Shown: positions 1-12,081, counted from the first letter of the stretch. The stretch is 64,000 nucleotides of DNA from Histomonas meleagridis 2922-C6/04-290x (GCA_020184695.1 JAANOX010000017.1:186001-250000), one strand, 5' to 3'. Made by a program: numbers and translations. The notes: a model not told the origin generated them from the letters alone.

Positions 1-1720
1 TTTCCAAATATTATTATGAAACCCTAAATTATTGGAAAAAATTTCCATTAAAAGAATGAAACATCTCTATCATCATATATTCCTTGATGTTTAAGAAATA
101 AATCAATTATTTCGCTATGACCATTTTTAGATGCTAACATAAATGCTGTATAAAACAATATAAATAATTTCCAAATATTATTTTGAAATCCAAAATTAAT
201 AAAATAATTTCTAAATAAATTAATTATATATCACTTGCATTTATATCAATTCCTTCTTGTTCAAGAAGTAACTTAACTATTTTTGTATATCCTTTTTTAG
301 ATGCAATTAGAAGTGCTGTCTTAAACATTACTTTGAAATATAAAATATATAAAATAAAAATGAATAAAGAAAAATAAAAATTTTCAAAATTAACATCAAT
401 TTCTTTTTGTTTAAGAAGTAGTTTAACCATTTCTATATTTCCTTTTTTAGATGAATAAAGAAGTGCTTGATTAAAACATTTGAATATTTACCAAATATGA
501 TGTTAAAATATCAAAGAAATTAAGGATATATCGAATAAATGAAATTAATTCCTTCAAAACTTATGTCAGTACTTTGATCAAGAATTGTTTTGACAAGTTC
601 AGCGTGGCCATTTTCATATCCAAAAATAAATTCTATTAAAAATATTTCGAATGATTTTCAAATATTTTCATTAAATCCAAAAATATTTATGAAATATTTA
701 TAACAAACAAATAAATATTTTTAATATTGGGATGATTTCTTTTATAATCAAGAAGTAATTTAATTGTTTCTTGATGATTATTTTCATATGCATACATAAT
801 TGATGTTTTAAATAATTTGTATAATTACCAAAAATTAATTTCATATTTCAAATTATTAATATAAAAATTATATAAAATAAGTTAATTGATTTAAAATTAA
901 TGTCAATTTCTTTACGTTCAAGAAGTAATTTAACTATTTCACAATAACCATTGATAGATGCTAAAATAAGAGCTGTATTAAATATTTTTAGTTAACACCA
1001 AAATTATATTTTAAATTCGAAATTAATAAGATAAATTTTAATTAAAATAAAATAAAATCATGTAAATTGACATCAATCTTTTTATGATTAAGAAGTAATT
1101 TAACAATTCCGATATAGTTATTTTTAATAGCAAACATTAGTGCTGTGTAAAATAGTTTAATTAATTACCAGTTATTATAATGAAATTTTATTTGATTTAA
1201 AGAAAAATTAAAACTAACAAATAAAAATTTGCTGCATTCACATTAATCCTTTTATAATTAACAAGCAATTTAACGATTTCAATGTATCCATTTTGTGCTG
1301 CATCAATAAGTGCTGTCCAAAATAATATGTAAATATTCTAAATATTAAAAAGAAACTCCAAATAATTAAAATCTAAAATTAAAATAAAGAAAGAAAAATT
1401 TACTGCATTAACATTAATTCTTTTCTGCTCAAGAAGTAATTTAACAATTTCAATGTTATTATTATGAACTGCCATAAAAAATGCAGTATAAAATCTATCA
1501 AATGAATTCCAAAAATGTTATTGAAATTCCAAATGATAAAAACGATTTATGTTTTTTTCATTTATTTTAATACTTCTTTGTTCAAGAAGAAATTTAACTA
1601 CATCAAAATAACCTTCACTACATGCAACAATTAATGGTGTATAAAATTATCAAAATAAATTTTATTACATATTTTAAAACTCCAAATTATTAAAATATTT
1701 TTTACTAAATACAATGAAAC
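1..1720 (-). repeat. Spacer-interrupted ankyrin array (locus B): 10 stop-free ankyrin segments (87-90 nt) separated by 11 AT-rich spacers; runs off the window edge
   Basis: Manual reverse-complement translation. Spacers: 1720-1641 (80), 1550-1488 (63), 1397-1317 (81), 1226-1147 (80), 1056-977 (80), 886-807 (80), 716-637 (80), 549-470 (80), 379-320 (60), 229-150 (80), 62-<1 (partial). Segments read e.g. TPLIVACSEGYFDVVKFLLEQ, TALIDAAQNGYIEIVKLLV, TAFMLASKNGHSEIIDLFL. Confidence 0.9.
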
Positions 1721-2884
1721 ATATTTTATATTTACATCAAATTTTCCTTTATCAAGAAGTAGTTTAACAATTTCTTTGTTTCCTGATCGAGCTGCTGACA
1801 TTAAAGCCTCTTTTGGTATTTCATTTCCATTTGAAAAATGTTTAAATAGAAATATATTTCCACTTTCGACTGATTCTATTATCAATTCTTTAAAATTTAA
1901 TTTCTTTTCTGTCAAAAAAGACAAAATTTCATAATTGTTATATATAATACATTTTTTAGCTAATTCAGTCAAATCTTCTTCTTTAATGTTTTCATTATCA
2001 AAAAAATATTGAAAAATTTCATTCCTATGATATTCTATTGCTATTTCGATTGATCCTTCGAAGTTTGAGTGATTTTGCTCACAAATATAAACAATTTCAA
2101 GATTTCCACCTGCAACAGCATATATCCCAGTGTTTTTTATGTCAACATTATTTAACACTAAGAATTTGAAACATTTAATTGATCCAAAGAATGCAGCATA
2201 ATCAACAAGTGAAACATTTTCTTTATTAATGAATGAATATCTTTCATATAAAGATGGCTCTATAATTTGTTTAAAATCGAATTTTGGTTCTGTTGAAATT
2301 TCTTGAAGTTTTTCTATTTCATCATTTCGAATTATTGTAACAATATTAGAAGGATTAGTTCCTTCTCGAATGAATTGCTTGTGGAGCTTCCAATCATCCT
2401 TCCTAAGTTCTTCAATATGTTCAAAAAATTTTTTATGAAACGGATTATCACTTGTTAAATCTTTTAATGCATTAATTTCTTCATTCGTTTTATAATGAAT
2501 AAAATATAATGATTTCATGTTGCTTACAATTTTAGCATTTATTAAGTTTTCTTCAATTAACTTTTCTAAAAGGTAATTTGTTTCTTGTGAATTTAAATGT
2601 ATAAGTAATTGTGTAAAAGTATCAATTATTGTGTCTGAATATTTAGTAGAAAATATTTTAAGAAATTGTAAATATACTTTAAAGCTTTTATGTGACATAA
2701 AATATGAATATATTAATCGACTTATAACTATCATGGAAGAATATGAATAATTAGAATCAATTAATTTATTTATCAATTCAACTGATTCAGAAATATTTTT
2801 TTCATTCACCTTTAATACATTGTTTTGTATGATCCGTAGATATTGAATAAAATTAGTTTCCTTTGCTTCATCCAATTTTTTCAT
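1631..2884 (-). CDS. DUF3447-domain ankyrin-repeat protein, N-terminal ORF (locus B); reading frame ends inside the first 80-nt spacer
   Basis: 417-aa ORF with the DUF3447-type signature (IRNDEIEKLQ...FDFKQIIEPSLYER...SLVDYAAFFGSIKCFKFL...YAVAGGNLEIVYICEQ) followed by an ankyrin repeat (ALMSAARSGNKEIVKLLLDKGKFDVN). Confidence 0.85.
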   Translation of the reverse strand: MKKLDEAKETNFIQYLRIIQNNVLKVNEKNISESVELINKLIDSNYSYSSMIVISRLIYSYFMSHKSFKVYLQFLKIFSTKYSDTIIDTFTQLLIHLNSQETNYLLEKLIEENLINAKIVSNMKSLYFIHYKTNEEINALKDLTSDNPFHKKFFEHIEELRKDDWKLHKQFIREGTNPSNIVTIIRNDEIEKLQEISTEPKFDFKQIIEPSLYERYSFINKENVSLVDYAAFFGSIKCFKFLVLNNVDIKNTGIYAVAGGNLEIVYICEQNHSNFEGSIEIAIEYHRNEIFQYFFDNENIKEEDLTELAKKCIIYNNYEILSFLTEKKLNFKELIIESVESGNIFLFKHFSNGNEIPKEALMSAARSGNKEIVKLLLDKGKFDVNIKYVSLYLVKNILIIWSFKICNKIYFDNFIHH

Positions 2885-3719
2885 TCTTTTGTCCTACCAA
2901 GTTTCGAATCAAATAGGTTTTGGTGCAAAAAAGTGAGGTTTTTTGAATGCGAAATTTTCAAATTTTAAATAGCCGATACAAAACAAAAAAAAGAAAAGTA
3001 TTCAAATCATCCTCATGGTTTAGGAATTCTGTGAATCATCATATTGATGTATGTGCTTATAATTTTCAATTAATGAATGTGGGTTTCGTATCTTACACTT
3101 CAGCTATTAAAATTTTTTAGATGTTATTTGGGAGTGTTAATATAAAACTGTTCAAAGTTGGGCCTGATGAATCACACCAGAATTCATCGTTACCGTTACA
3201 ATATCGGCATTCAATGAACGATTCAAACACAGAAATTCATCGATAATTGAACAGGGAAATGGCGGGGATCTTTTCAAATATCGAATTATAATGATTAATA
3301 TTTTGAAAAAGAAAAATATATTTGAGTTTTATCATAAATATTATAACTAATATTCTAATCTCTTGTTTTTGTACAGGAACCAAAATTCATGAAGTTTTTG
3401 TTGATAAACTTTTTGTGTAAGCGATGATTAATCACCATCAAATGTCATATGAAAAATTCTTGTTTTTTTTGGATTATGGTCCTTTAATATGTTCATAGAT
3501 TGTTTCACAAATGAAGGATATTTAAAAGATTTACCGATTTTTTTCTTTCTAGTTTAGACACACAAAAATCATATTTTATTCTTGAAAACTTGATCAAAAT
3601 GAATAAATTTAAGCAAAATCAGTTGAAGACGAAGATACCTTTTATTTAGTACATCGTTTTCCAAATAAATCAATATATATAAATATTCAAATATCGTAAC
3701 TCTTATAAATATTTTCATG

Positions 3720-4360
3720 AAATTTGTTCAGATCTTTAAAGAAATGATCGGGAACTTCATAAGAAATATGTCAAAGAATGCGTTGTTCCGAATAAAAATG
3801 CAAAAATAATTTAAAATGAGGAAATTGGAAAATTAGAAAAAATATCATCACAAACAATATTTGATTTTAATCACCATCAAAATGACCCATCACTTTACGA
3901 AAAGTGTTTATTTATAAATCAATAAAATGTTACATTAATTGTTTGTGCAGCATTTTTTTCTTCTATTGAATGTTATAAATATTTATTTATGAATAATGAC
4001 TAATATAAATAATACAGGTAAATATACAGTTACAGGTGCATATGAAGAAATTATTCATTTATGTGAACAAAATCATTCATCAATTGAAGATGCATATAGA
4101 ACAGCAATTATATTTCATCGATTACTTCTCGAAATATTACATATTACGTCAAGATCAATCAAAATTATTATTTCAAAATTTACTTATTTTAGCATCTTTA
4201 AATGGTCACATAGAATTAGTTAAATTACTTCTTGAACAAGAATGAATTGATATTAATGCTCAAAATATTTATTTGTTTTACATTAAATTAATTTTCATAA
4301 TTTCATATTTCCAATATTTGTAAATTATTTAAATAATTTTATACAGTACTTATGAAACAT
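3720..4360 (+). pseudogene. Degenerate DUF3447-ankyrin gene with one spacer (76 nt, 4267-4342)
   Basis: Broken-frame remnants LHKKYVKE..., EEIIHLCEQNHSS, LASLNGHIELVKLLLEQE*IDINAQN, then spacer ATTTATTTGT...TTTTAT and ACA GTA CTT ATG; multiple stops and frameshifts. Confidence 0.75.
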
Positions 4361-4939
4361 TTATCACACAATACTGAATAGGTGTAAAATACTAATATAA
4401 TATCTAGTTTTAAAACTCACAAAATATAAATATTAAACATAATTTAATATGTAGTTCTTCATTAAGCTTATAATTTTTTTATTAAACCCAAATTAATCGC
4501 ATTTCGAAATACGATAGAGGTGCAATCTAAATTTAAAAAAAAAAATAGATGAATATTTTGTATAAATATTTTCACCTATTTTAGATTTTTACAAAATACT
4601 TCATTTTTAAATTAATTACTTAAACACTATCAATTTAAAAGAAAGATAAAGAAAATGAACAATCAAACTAATTCTTCATTAAAAATGAACGTTTATAAAT
4701 TCTGATGTACGTTTAAAATTACATTCAATACTTTATTTCATAACTGGTCACATCAAAAATATAAATATCTTATTTTTCTTTAATTATTTTTGGATCACAC
4801 GTAAATGATAAAATTGCTTTTTATTTATTGAAAATAGTATGAAAATTTACAATCAATAAAGTAATTCAATACATAGATTCTGTACATCACATAAAAAATG
4901 ATATGATAAAATTTGAGAACATAAAAAAGTGTCAATTAA

Positions 4940-7900
4940 ATGGCAACTTCAGCGGCGGAAAGTGTCTTAACTATCATATTTAAAGAGTTACAAGGTCACC
5001 TCTCAAGTCTCATTGGCGACTTCTCACAAAGGACAAATGAATTAGCAAAAGATCCTAAAGCTCTTAGTTCATACTATTCTACATTTCCACATTCAGAAAA
5101 CATGTATGCCAAATGTGTTGATGATTTTGTAAACGTTGGCAAAGGTTCTCCACTTGTAGCCATTTCTGTACTCAATTCTTTACTTCCCACGCAATCTAAT
5201 AATAGTCTTTATATTTCCATTACATCAACTACACCGTGTTATACTGATGGTAGAAGCGATTTATATGATCTTATAATATATCTCTTTTTTGCAGATTGTG
5301 TTTCACAAATCTTAACAGTAATACCATTTGAATCTATGCCAACCAATCTTATAGATATAGCATATCAAATGATAAAACCATTTTCTAATCCCAACCAACA
5401 TCCACTTCGTCTCCAAATAGTCAAACAATTTTCAGTCATATTAAGTCTATTATCACGTAGTAACTTATCGACTATCATATCCAATTTCACTGACAAATAT
5501 CCCACTTCTGATCACGGCCTCTTCTTTACCCTTCATCGATTTGTTTGCTTTAACATATCTCAAGAAGTTACACTTGATAAAATTGGCGGTTTTCTTATCA
5601 ATTTTGCCGATAGCTTCCAAAAGATCAAGAAAGATTCCAAACTTGAAAGTCTTTGTGCTCAAGCATTATGTTCGCTTATCTCACAACTCACGTCTGAAGA
5701 TTGTAAAGCCTTATCCACCCCACTTGAAAGTATATATAAAGTTGCAACCAAGAAATGTTATAAAGAGAAACATCATCATCATTTAGCATTATGTGCCACA
5801 TTAATTCAACGTGACAAAGGACTTAATCGGAAATATTTTGATTCATTTTTACATGAATTATTAAAGAAGTCCACAAAATATTTAAGTCGTACATTACAAT
5901 GTTTTTTAATTTTAATTCGTGGACATTCATATTCTAGATCTACATCATTTTGGGAATGGGGTAATTTTAATGGTTATGGACATCCCGGAATTGAAGCTAC
6001 ACATATTTATTTACCTGAACAAGATCAAAATGAAGAAGGATCATTTACACAATTATTCTTTAAATATTTTGTACCACAACCAATCGAACAATATCCAATT
6101 ATCGTTGGTGATATATTATTAAATTTTGCTGCAAGAGATTTCAAATATTTTATTCAATCAACAGTACCAAAACTTATTCAAGAAATGAAAGAATTCCGTG
6201 CCGTATTACCTTTACAAGCATGTTTAGAAAAGATTATCGATCCGAATAAAAACTTCGAAGAATGGGTCCAATTAAATGTTAGAAATCAACATGCAAATAT
6301 TAGAGAATGTTTTTCAATGTTATTTATGGGTATTAAACAAATTATTTTCGACGCAGAAGAAAAAGTCGCATCTAAAAACTTAGCAAAAGAAGCGTTTTGT
6401 TTCGATTTAACTGATTCAAGAGAAATTCCGAAATTTGTTTTACCAATAGAATTTAAACAACAAAGTTATAATTATCGGAAACGGATGTTAATTAATAAGA
6501 TTACTGTAGGTAATGTATTAAAAGATTGGAATTTCCCAAATAATACATTTAATGAACAAATTAAAATTAATACAACGAAAATTAAAAATGTATCAGATAA
6601 TGAAATGAAACATTTAAAGTTACTTGGGTTTTTCCCTAGAATTATTAATTCAAGTGACATGAAGAATAAAACTATGTGTCCAAGATTACTTGATAGGATA
6701 TTATCATCATCGAAATCAATTGCAATCTTTTCTATTAATGTATTAAATCAAATCTTTGCATCAAATGATGATATTCGATTATTAATTTATATGAATATAT
6801 ATGAGAAATTAACTAAAACTACAAATCCAATTCATACTTATATGTTATTACAATTACTTGTTAAACTTTTAGAACTTTCTTTAACGCCTAAAGCTGAAAA
6901 GAAAGAATTAGAAAAATTTATATTTGATTCACAAATTTTAGTTTTAGATTTATTAGCAAATCAATATTCAGAAATTAGAGACTTAGCAATTATATTAATT
7001 GAACGATTAACACTTTTAAGTTCATTATTAAATATTGATATAGATTTTTATCAACAATTCGATACTAAAGCACCCGTAATATCAGCAGCAGTTCGATATA
7101 AAGTTGCGGCTTCACTTAATGATACAAGTATTAATAAAGTTAAAATACCAGAGTCATTTGTAACATTAAGAGAAGCAGCAGTATCACCATATAATGATTT
7201 ATTTAATTATTTCTTAGTAGAAATATCAATTTTGTTTTCTAATCAAGTATCAAATAATATATTAATAATGACATTAAATCTATTTTTAACTAAATATTTC
7301 AAAGATATTACATCAATTGATACATGTTTACAATTACGATCATATTTCTTAATAGTTTCACATTTGTTTAGAATATCAGAAACAAAATATTTACTTAGTA
7401 CACCATTATCTAATCAATTATGTTACTTTTATAATATGCCAATCCTTAATAAAGTTGATGATGATGTTAAAGAAACATTAAATAATTATTTAGAGAAATA
7501 TTCAAATGTATTAAATACTTATTTATCATTATTATCATTTGATAATAAAGATACAAAACAACTTGAAAAGTTATCAAGTTATTTAACAGTAATACAAAAT
7601 ATGAATGCTTCAACTATATCAATATTTTTACCTAATTTAATTAAATGGTGTGAAGAAAAAGTTAAATTAAAGCCATTAATTTATATCCCAATAATTATAG
7701 AAATATTTTATAATATCTCTAAAAATATTGATTTAGAAATTGGATTAATTGCTTATCCAAATATTAAATCAGGATTTAAACATTTCTTTGATATTTGTGA
7801 AAATTATTTTCTAGAACAAAAAATGAATTCATATAATAATCATTCGAAATCTTCTTTAGATTCTAATGATAATGTCCTTGAACAAAAGAATTTAATAAAT

Positions 7901-10900
7901 CCACAAACAGATATAATATTTAAGAATCAAAACTTAATTATCCATTATTGTTATACATTTAGTAATTTCTGTAATGGGTTTTTATATTTACGACCTGATA
8001 ATTCATGTGGTGCATTACGTTCTACAATAGTTAATGCGAATATACCAAATGATTGGACAATAGAACAACGTCAAAACACTTTAATGTTCTTTATTAATTG
8101 GCATGGATTAAGTATTAAATCAATTTCAGAAGCTACAGCAGCAGCTATTACAAGTTTAATTAAAATCAGTCCAATATTTACTGATAATTTCCCACGAAAT
8201 GATCAAATTACACAAGTTTTAATTTCTTGTGAATCACTTAATTATTATGTCTTAAATGATTGTATATTATTACATCCGAATTTATTTGAACATGACTTAA
8301 ATGAAGCATTAAAAATTAATAATGAAAACTCACGTTATTATTTCAATGGAATTTGTTATATATTTTATTCCGAACCTGATAATTCATTAATTAAAAAATT
8401 CGGATGTAATGAAAATGTATCAGAATCAACTTTATCAACATTATCTACACTTGCACATATTAAAACTTTACCATCACAATTTGGTACAATTAAAAACACA
8501 TTTAATTTACATTCATATACTAATTCACCAAATCAAAATCCATTTACTAAAATGGACTTAAAAGTTAATGAATTTTTATTTAGATTTTCACCTAAATTAA
8601 TCACTTGTTCATTTTTATATTTATTACATAATGATTTTAAATTACGTTGTACATCATTTAAGTTATTACAAAGAATTATACCAATTTTATGTACAATGAT
8701 TTATTCTACAACAGAAGATAAAGAAAACTCAGCAAAGAAAACAGCTGAATTTATGAAGAAATTACATAAATTCGAACCAACATTTTATTCTTCATATGTA
8801 AATATATCATATGAAAGTGTCTCCAAAATGTGTCAATTAATAGTTAAATATATACCTTATTTAAGTGATCATTTATTATCCGAATTTATATCTTTAGTTG
8901 GTACATCAAATAAATTGTTTTTACAATATGCAAAATATTTTATACCATTCCAAAGATTCACTGAATTTAATAATAAAAAACATTGGCCTCAACGATTTAT
9001 ATATTTCACACCTTACACATTCTTTAATAAATTATTAACAGTAAAACATGTAATTAAATGTAATGATACTGATCAATATTTAGATTTATGGGTAAGTTTA
9101 TCAGAAGGAGAAAAGAATTATGAATTTATAATTAATAATTTAATTAATTCGAATCAATATGATATAAATAATGTCAAAGTAATTTTAGCACATTTATGTA
9201 AAATTAATCCAGAAAAAACTATTTCGAAATTAACTAATTCATTACAATTTTCACAATATTTCTATAGAACTTATCAAAACAAATTTAATGATAAAGAAGT
9301 TCCTACACCAAAACCTATTAGTGAATCATTTATAATATTACAAACTTTAACTGAATTAATACAAAATTATTATGATTATGTAATTAAATATTTACCTTTC
9401 ATCTTAACGTATTCTTTGATATTTTATGATTATTCAAGACAAGCTCAATCTATTATATCTGAGTTACTTCTAGTTCTATTTGCTACTATTCCAGATTGTC
9501 CAAGTTCTTTATCAACTGTATTTATGCCGCCCGCTTCTTTAATATGGAGTAATGACTTGCAGCCGTTAACCGATAAACGACAAGACTTTACATCAACTGA
9601 AATTTCACTACAACCGTTTGAGAAACAATCCGTATCGGTCGTATCGTTTGTCAGACAATTTTCTCGATTTTATAAGAACGTTAATACAGAAATAATTCAA
9701 GAATGGGGTAAAGAATTAATTAGATGGATTTGTGGTTGTGGAGATTTATTATATGCATCTAGAGCAGCATTTATCTTTTCAGAAATTATGGAACCATTTG
9801 ATAAGAATGTTTTAAAGTCATTAATTAATTCATTTGTCTTTATAAACTTATTAAATGATGATAAAAACAATAGCAATTTAATTAATTTCTATACAATTGC
9901 ATTGTTTAGAATATTTTCATCAGCATTTGATAATTATGGGAAAATTAAAACATATGAAAAATTATTTGAAGCGATTTTTATGATTTCGAAAACATTTTTA
10001 TCATGTCCAGAAGAAAATGAAATTTGTCAAGCAGCAATTACTAATGTCACCAAGTTCATGAATTATGTTCCATGTGGGTCATCAGATATGATTCGATTAC
10101 TTTCCATTATTTCTCAACTTTTTAGTAGTTTAAATCCACAGAACACATTATATGCAATTATCTTAGCTATGTTCAAATGCACGGCAACAAAAGAAAACTC
10201 AAAAGTAGCACAAATTGCATTTATAATATTTCTACCAACAATTTATATAGCGATTTGTGCTATACATAATATTCCTCCTTATTCTACAGATGTACTTGAC
10301 TCAGATATAATTAGTATATTCCAAGTTTTAAGATTAATTTCAACGACTTCATTTAGTTCATTAGAAATGTTGGCTTACTTATGCGATATATCTCAATTAC
10401 CAGGTAACTTTTCGCCTGAATCATTTATATTACGAATTTCGACTTTAATCCAACAAAACTTTGCCAAGGAGAACGTTAAGAAAGCAATTTCAATACTAAC
10501 CGAAACCGCCGTCAATTCAAATAATTTGACATACTTAGATGCAATATTTGATGTGTTAACAAGCATTTTGGAAATTTCCGATGAGCCTCAACTCGAAAGT
10601 GGAAGTTTCTCGACTATTGCTAGTATTGCAGCACAAAGAATGTCGAAACAAGCAGAACAATATCTTCAAGTGTTTTTGGTGAAATTACCACAAACTGAAG
10701 CACCTAAAAAGATATCTAAAAAGTCGAAATTATCATCGAAAGATATAATACAAAAATTAAAGGATATCACATCAGCGCCAATACTCCCTGATGGAGAAAC
10801 AGAATTAAAAGAACCAATTTTACCAATTCCACTTATTAACACACTTTGGAATAAAGAAGAAGTAATGAAAATTAGAAACAAATTACAAAATGTGAAAGTT

Positions 10901-11035
10901 CAGCCATTCACTAAAAATAATGAAGAAATTCAAAACATAGAGAAATATACCATTGATAAAATGTCGGCTGTTAATGAAATCACAATTCCAACTGACGCAA
11001 ATGATTACATTGCGTTTGAAACATATATGCACTAA
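4940..11035 (+). CDS. Giant alpha-solenoid protein, Furry/Tao3 (MOR2-PAG1)-like
   Basis: 2031-aa uninterrupted helical ORF. RWICGCGDLLYASRAAFIFSEI resembles the Furry/Tao3 W..C....A.RS..IF motif; SEIRDLAIILIE is a HEAT-like segment. Confidence 0.55.
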   Translation: MATSAAESVLTIIFKELQGHLSSLIGDFSQRTNELAKDPKALSSYYSTFPHSENMYAKCVDDFVNVGKGSPLVAISVLNSLLPTQSNNSLYISITSTTPCYTDGRSDLYDLIIYLFFADCVSQILTVIPFESMPTNLIDIAYQMIKPFSNPNQHPLRLQIVKQFSVILSLLSRSNLSTIISNFTDKYPTSDHGLFFTLHRFVCFNISQEVTLDKIGGFLINFADSFQKIKKDSKLESLCAQALCSLISQLTSEDCKALSTPLESIYKVATKKCYKEKHHHHLALCATLIQRDKGLNRKYFDSFLHELLKKSTKYLSRTLQCFLILIRGHSYSRSTSFWEWGNFNGYGHPGIEATHIYLPEQDQNEEGSFTQLFFKYFVPQPIEQYPIIVGDILLNFAARDFKYFIQSTVPKLIQEMKEFRAVLPLQACLEKIIDPNKNFEEWVQLNVRNQHANIRECFSMLFMGIKQIIFDAEEKVASKNLAKEAFCFDLTDSREIPKFVLPIEFKQQSYNYRKRMLINKITVGNVLKDWNFPNNTFNEQIKINTTKIKNVSDNEMKHLKLLGFFPRIINSSDMKNKTMCPRLLDRILSSSKSIAIFSINVLNQIFASNDDIRLLIYMNIYEKLTKTTNPIHTYMLLQLLVKLLELSLTPKAEKKELEKFIFDSQILVLDLLANQYSEIRDLAIILIERLTLLSSLLNIDIDFYQQFDTKAPVISAAVRYKVAASLNDTSINKVKIPESFVTLREAAVSPYNDLFNYFLVEISILFSNQVSNNILIMTLNLFLTKYFKDITSIDTCLQLRSYFLIVSHLFRISETKYLLSTPLSNQLCYFYNMPILNKVDDDVKETLNNYLEKYSNVLNTYLSLLSFDNKDTKQLEKLSSYLTVIQNMNASTISIFLPNLIKWCEEKVKLKPLIYIPIIIEIFYNISKNIDLEIGLIAYPNIKSGFKHFFDICENYFLEQKMNSYNNHSKSSLDSNDNVLEQKNLINPQTDIIFKNQNLIIHYCYTFSNFCNGFLYLRPDNSCGALRSTIVNANIPNDWTIEQRQNTLMFFINWHGLSIKSISEATAAAITSLIKISPIFTDNFPRNDQITQVLISCESLNYYVLNDCILLHPNLFEHDLNEALKINNENSRYYFNGICYIFYSEPDNSLIKKFGCNENVSESTLSTLSTLAHIKTLPSQFGTIKNTFNLHSYTNSPNQNPFTKMDLKVNEFLFRFSPKLITCSFLYLLHNDFKLRCTSFKLLQRIIPILCTMIYSTTEDKENSAKKTAEFMKKLHKFEPTFYSSYVNISYESVSKMCQLIVKYIPYLSDHLLSEFISLVGTSNKLFLQYAKYFIPFQRFTEFNNKKHWPQRFIYFTPYTFFNKLLTVKHVIKCNDTDQYLDLWVSLSEGEKNYEFIINNLINSNQYDINNVKVILAHLCKINPEKTISKLTNSLQFSQYFYRTYQNKFNDKEVPTPKPISESFIILQTLTELIQNYYDYVIKYLPFILTYSLIFYDYSRQAQSIISELLLVLFATIPDCPSSLSTVFMPPASLIWSNDLQPLTDKRQDFTSTEISLQPFEKQSVSVVSFVRQFSRFYKNVNTEIIQEWGKELIRWICGCGDLLYASRAAFIFSEIMEPFDKNVLKSLINSFVFINLLNDDKNNSNLINFYTIALFRIFSSAFDNYGKIKTYEKLFEAIFMISKTFLSCPEENEICQAAITNVTKFMNYVPCGSSDMIRLLSIISQLFSSLNPQNTLYAIILAMFKCTATKENSKVAQIAFIIFLPTIYIAICAIHNIPPYSTDVLDSDIISIFQVLRLISTTSFSSLEMLAYLCDISQLPGNFSPESFILRISTLIQQNFAKENVKKAISILTETAVNSNNLTYLDAIFDVLTSILEISDEPQLESGSFSTIASIAAQRMSKQAEQYLQVFLVKLPQTEAPKKISKKSKLSSKDIIQKLKDITSAPILPDGETELKEPILPIPLINTLWNKEEVMKIRNKLQNVKVQPFTKNNEEIQNIEKYTIDKMSAVNEITIPTDANDYIAFETYMH

Positions 11036-11122
11036 ATAAAGGATTTAATAGAAGTTTTGTTTTTATACAAAGTTATGATAATTAATCTTTGTAAATTCGT
11101 CCGAATGAGCAAAAGTTTACAT

Positions 11123-11566
11123 TTAATGGTATACGAAAATTTTATAAAAGTCCATTTCTTTGTATGCATAAAAATCGTCTGCAAACGGGTCCTCAAAGCT
11201 TTTAAGTGCCAACTCAGCATAATTATTGTTGTTATCATCATAAGTCGCATAAGTATCCCCATCCCATTGTGATCTCTGACCTTTATTTGAATTTTTATTA
11301 CTTGGATAGATATTTAAAACATTAATACGTGTACCAGATTTATACGTGCTTATTTGTTTCCATGAACCGTACTCGCCATTGTCAGTATTATAATAACTTT
11401 GTTGGAAAACTTTGTAATATATTTCTTGATTTTCAATTTTTGACCAACTTAAATATGTGCCACCTTTGCCAGATCCATATGACGCATTAACTTGGGCAAT
11501 CAAGTTTACGGTTTGATTTGCTGGACAACAAACAAATATTAAGGATATGAAAAAGATTCCTTGGGG
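11123..11566 (-). pseudogene. Remnant of a surface-protein gene with DPF-type tail
   Basis: Open frame with no ATG, hydrophobic IFFISLIFVCC upstream of the called ORF and an EDPFADDF motif near the end; no TM segment. Confidence 0.35.
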
Positions 11567-12081
11567 TTACAGTTAAAGAATGTATGACACTGGCCATTTT
11601 TTTTCGAAGAAAGTGATGTGTTTACTTGATGTAAAACAAGCAAATATTCTGAATATTCAGAAAATTTGAGACCATTCATGAAATGTACATTTACAACGAA
11701 CATTTTCACATAAAAGTGATGTTTTTTTAACGTACACATCCGACCATTGATTAAGGTTGTACTCCAAACGGTCGTCACAGAAAAAATATTGTTTCGTTAA
11801 TAAATCAATACATATTTATATTTTTAATATGTGAACCAAAAAAATATTTATAATTATTAATGCTCTTTGTTAAATACTATGTTATTTTAATTTTAGTTTT
11901 TTTATGATGGATAATCAATTTCACTCTAAATTAAAAAGTTGGAAAAGTTTTGTAATCTTCTACCGTTTTAGTAAGATCTTTGTCCAAGATGAAAAACACT
12001 ATATTATACCTTATTATTATTATAATAAACATACTGTAATAAGTATAAAATAAACAAACAGATTTTTTTATTAAAAAATTC

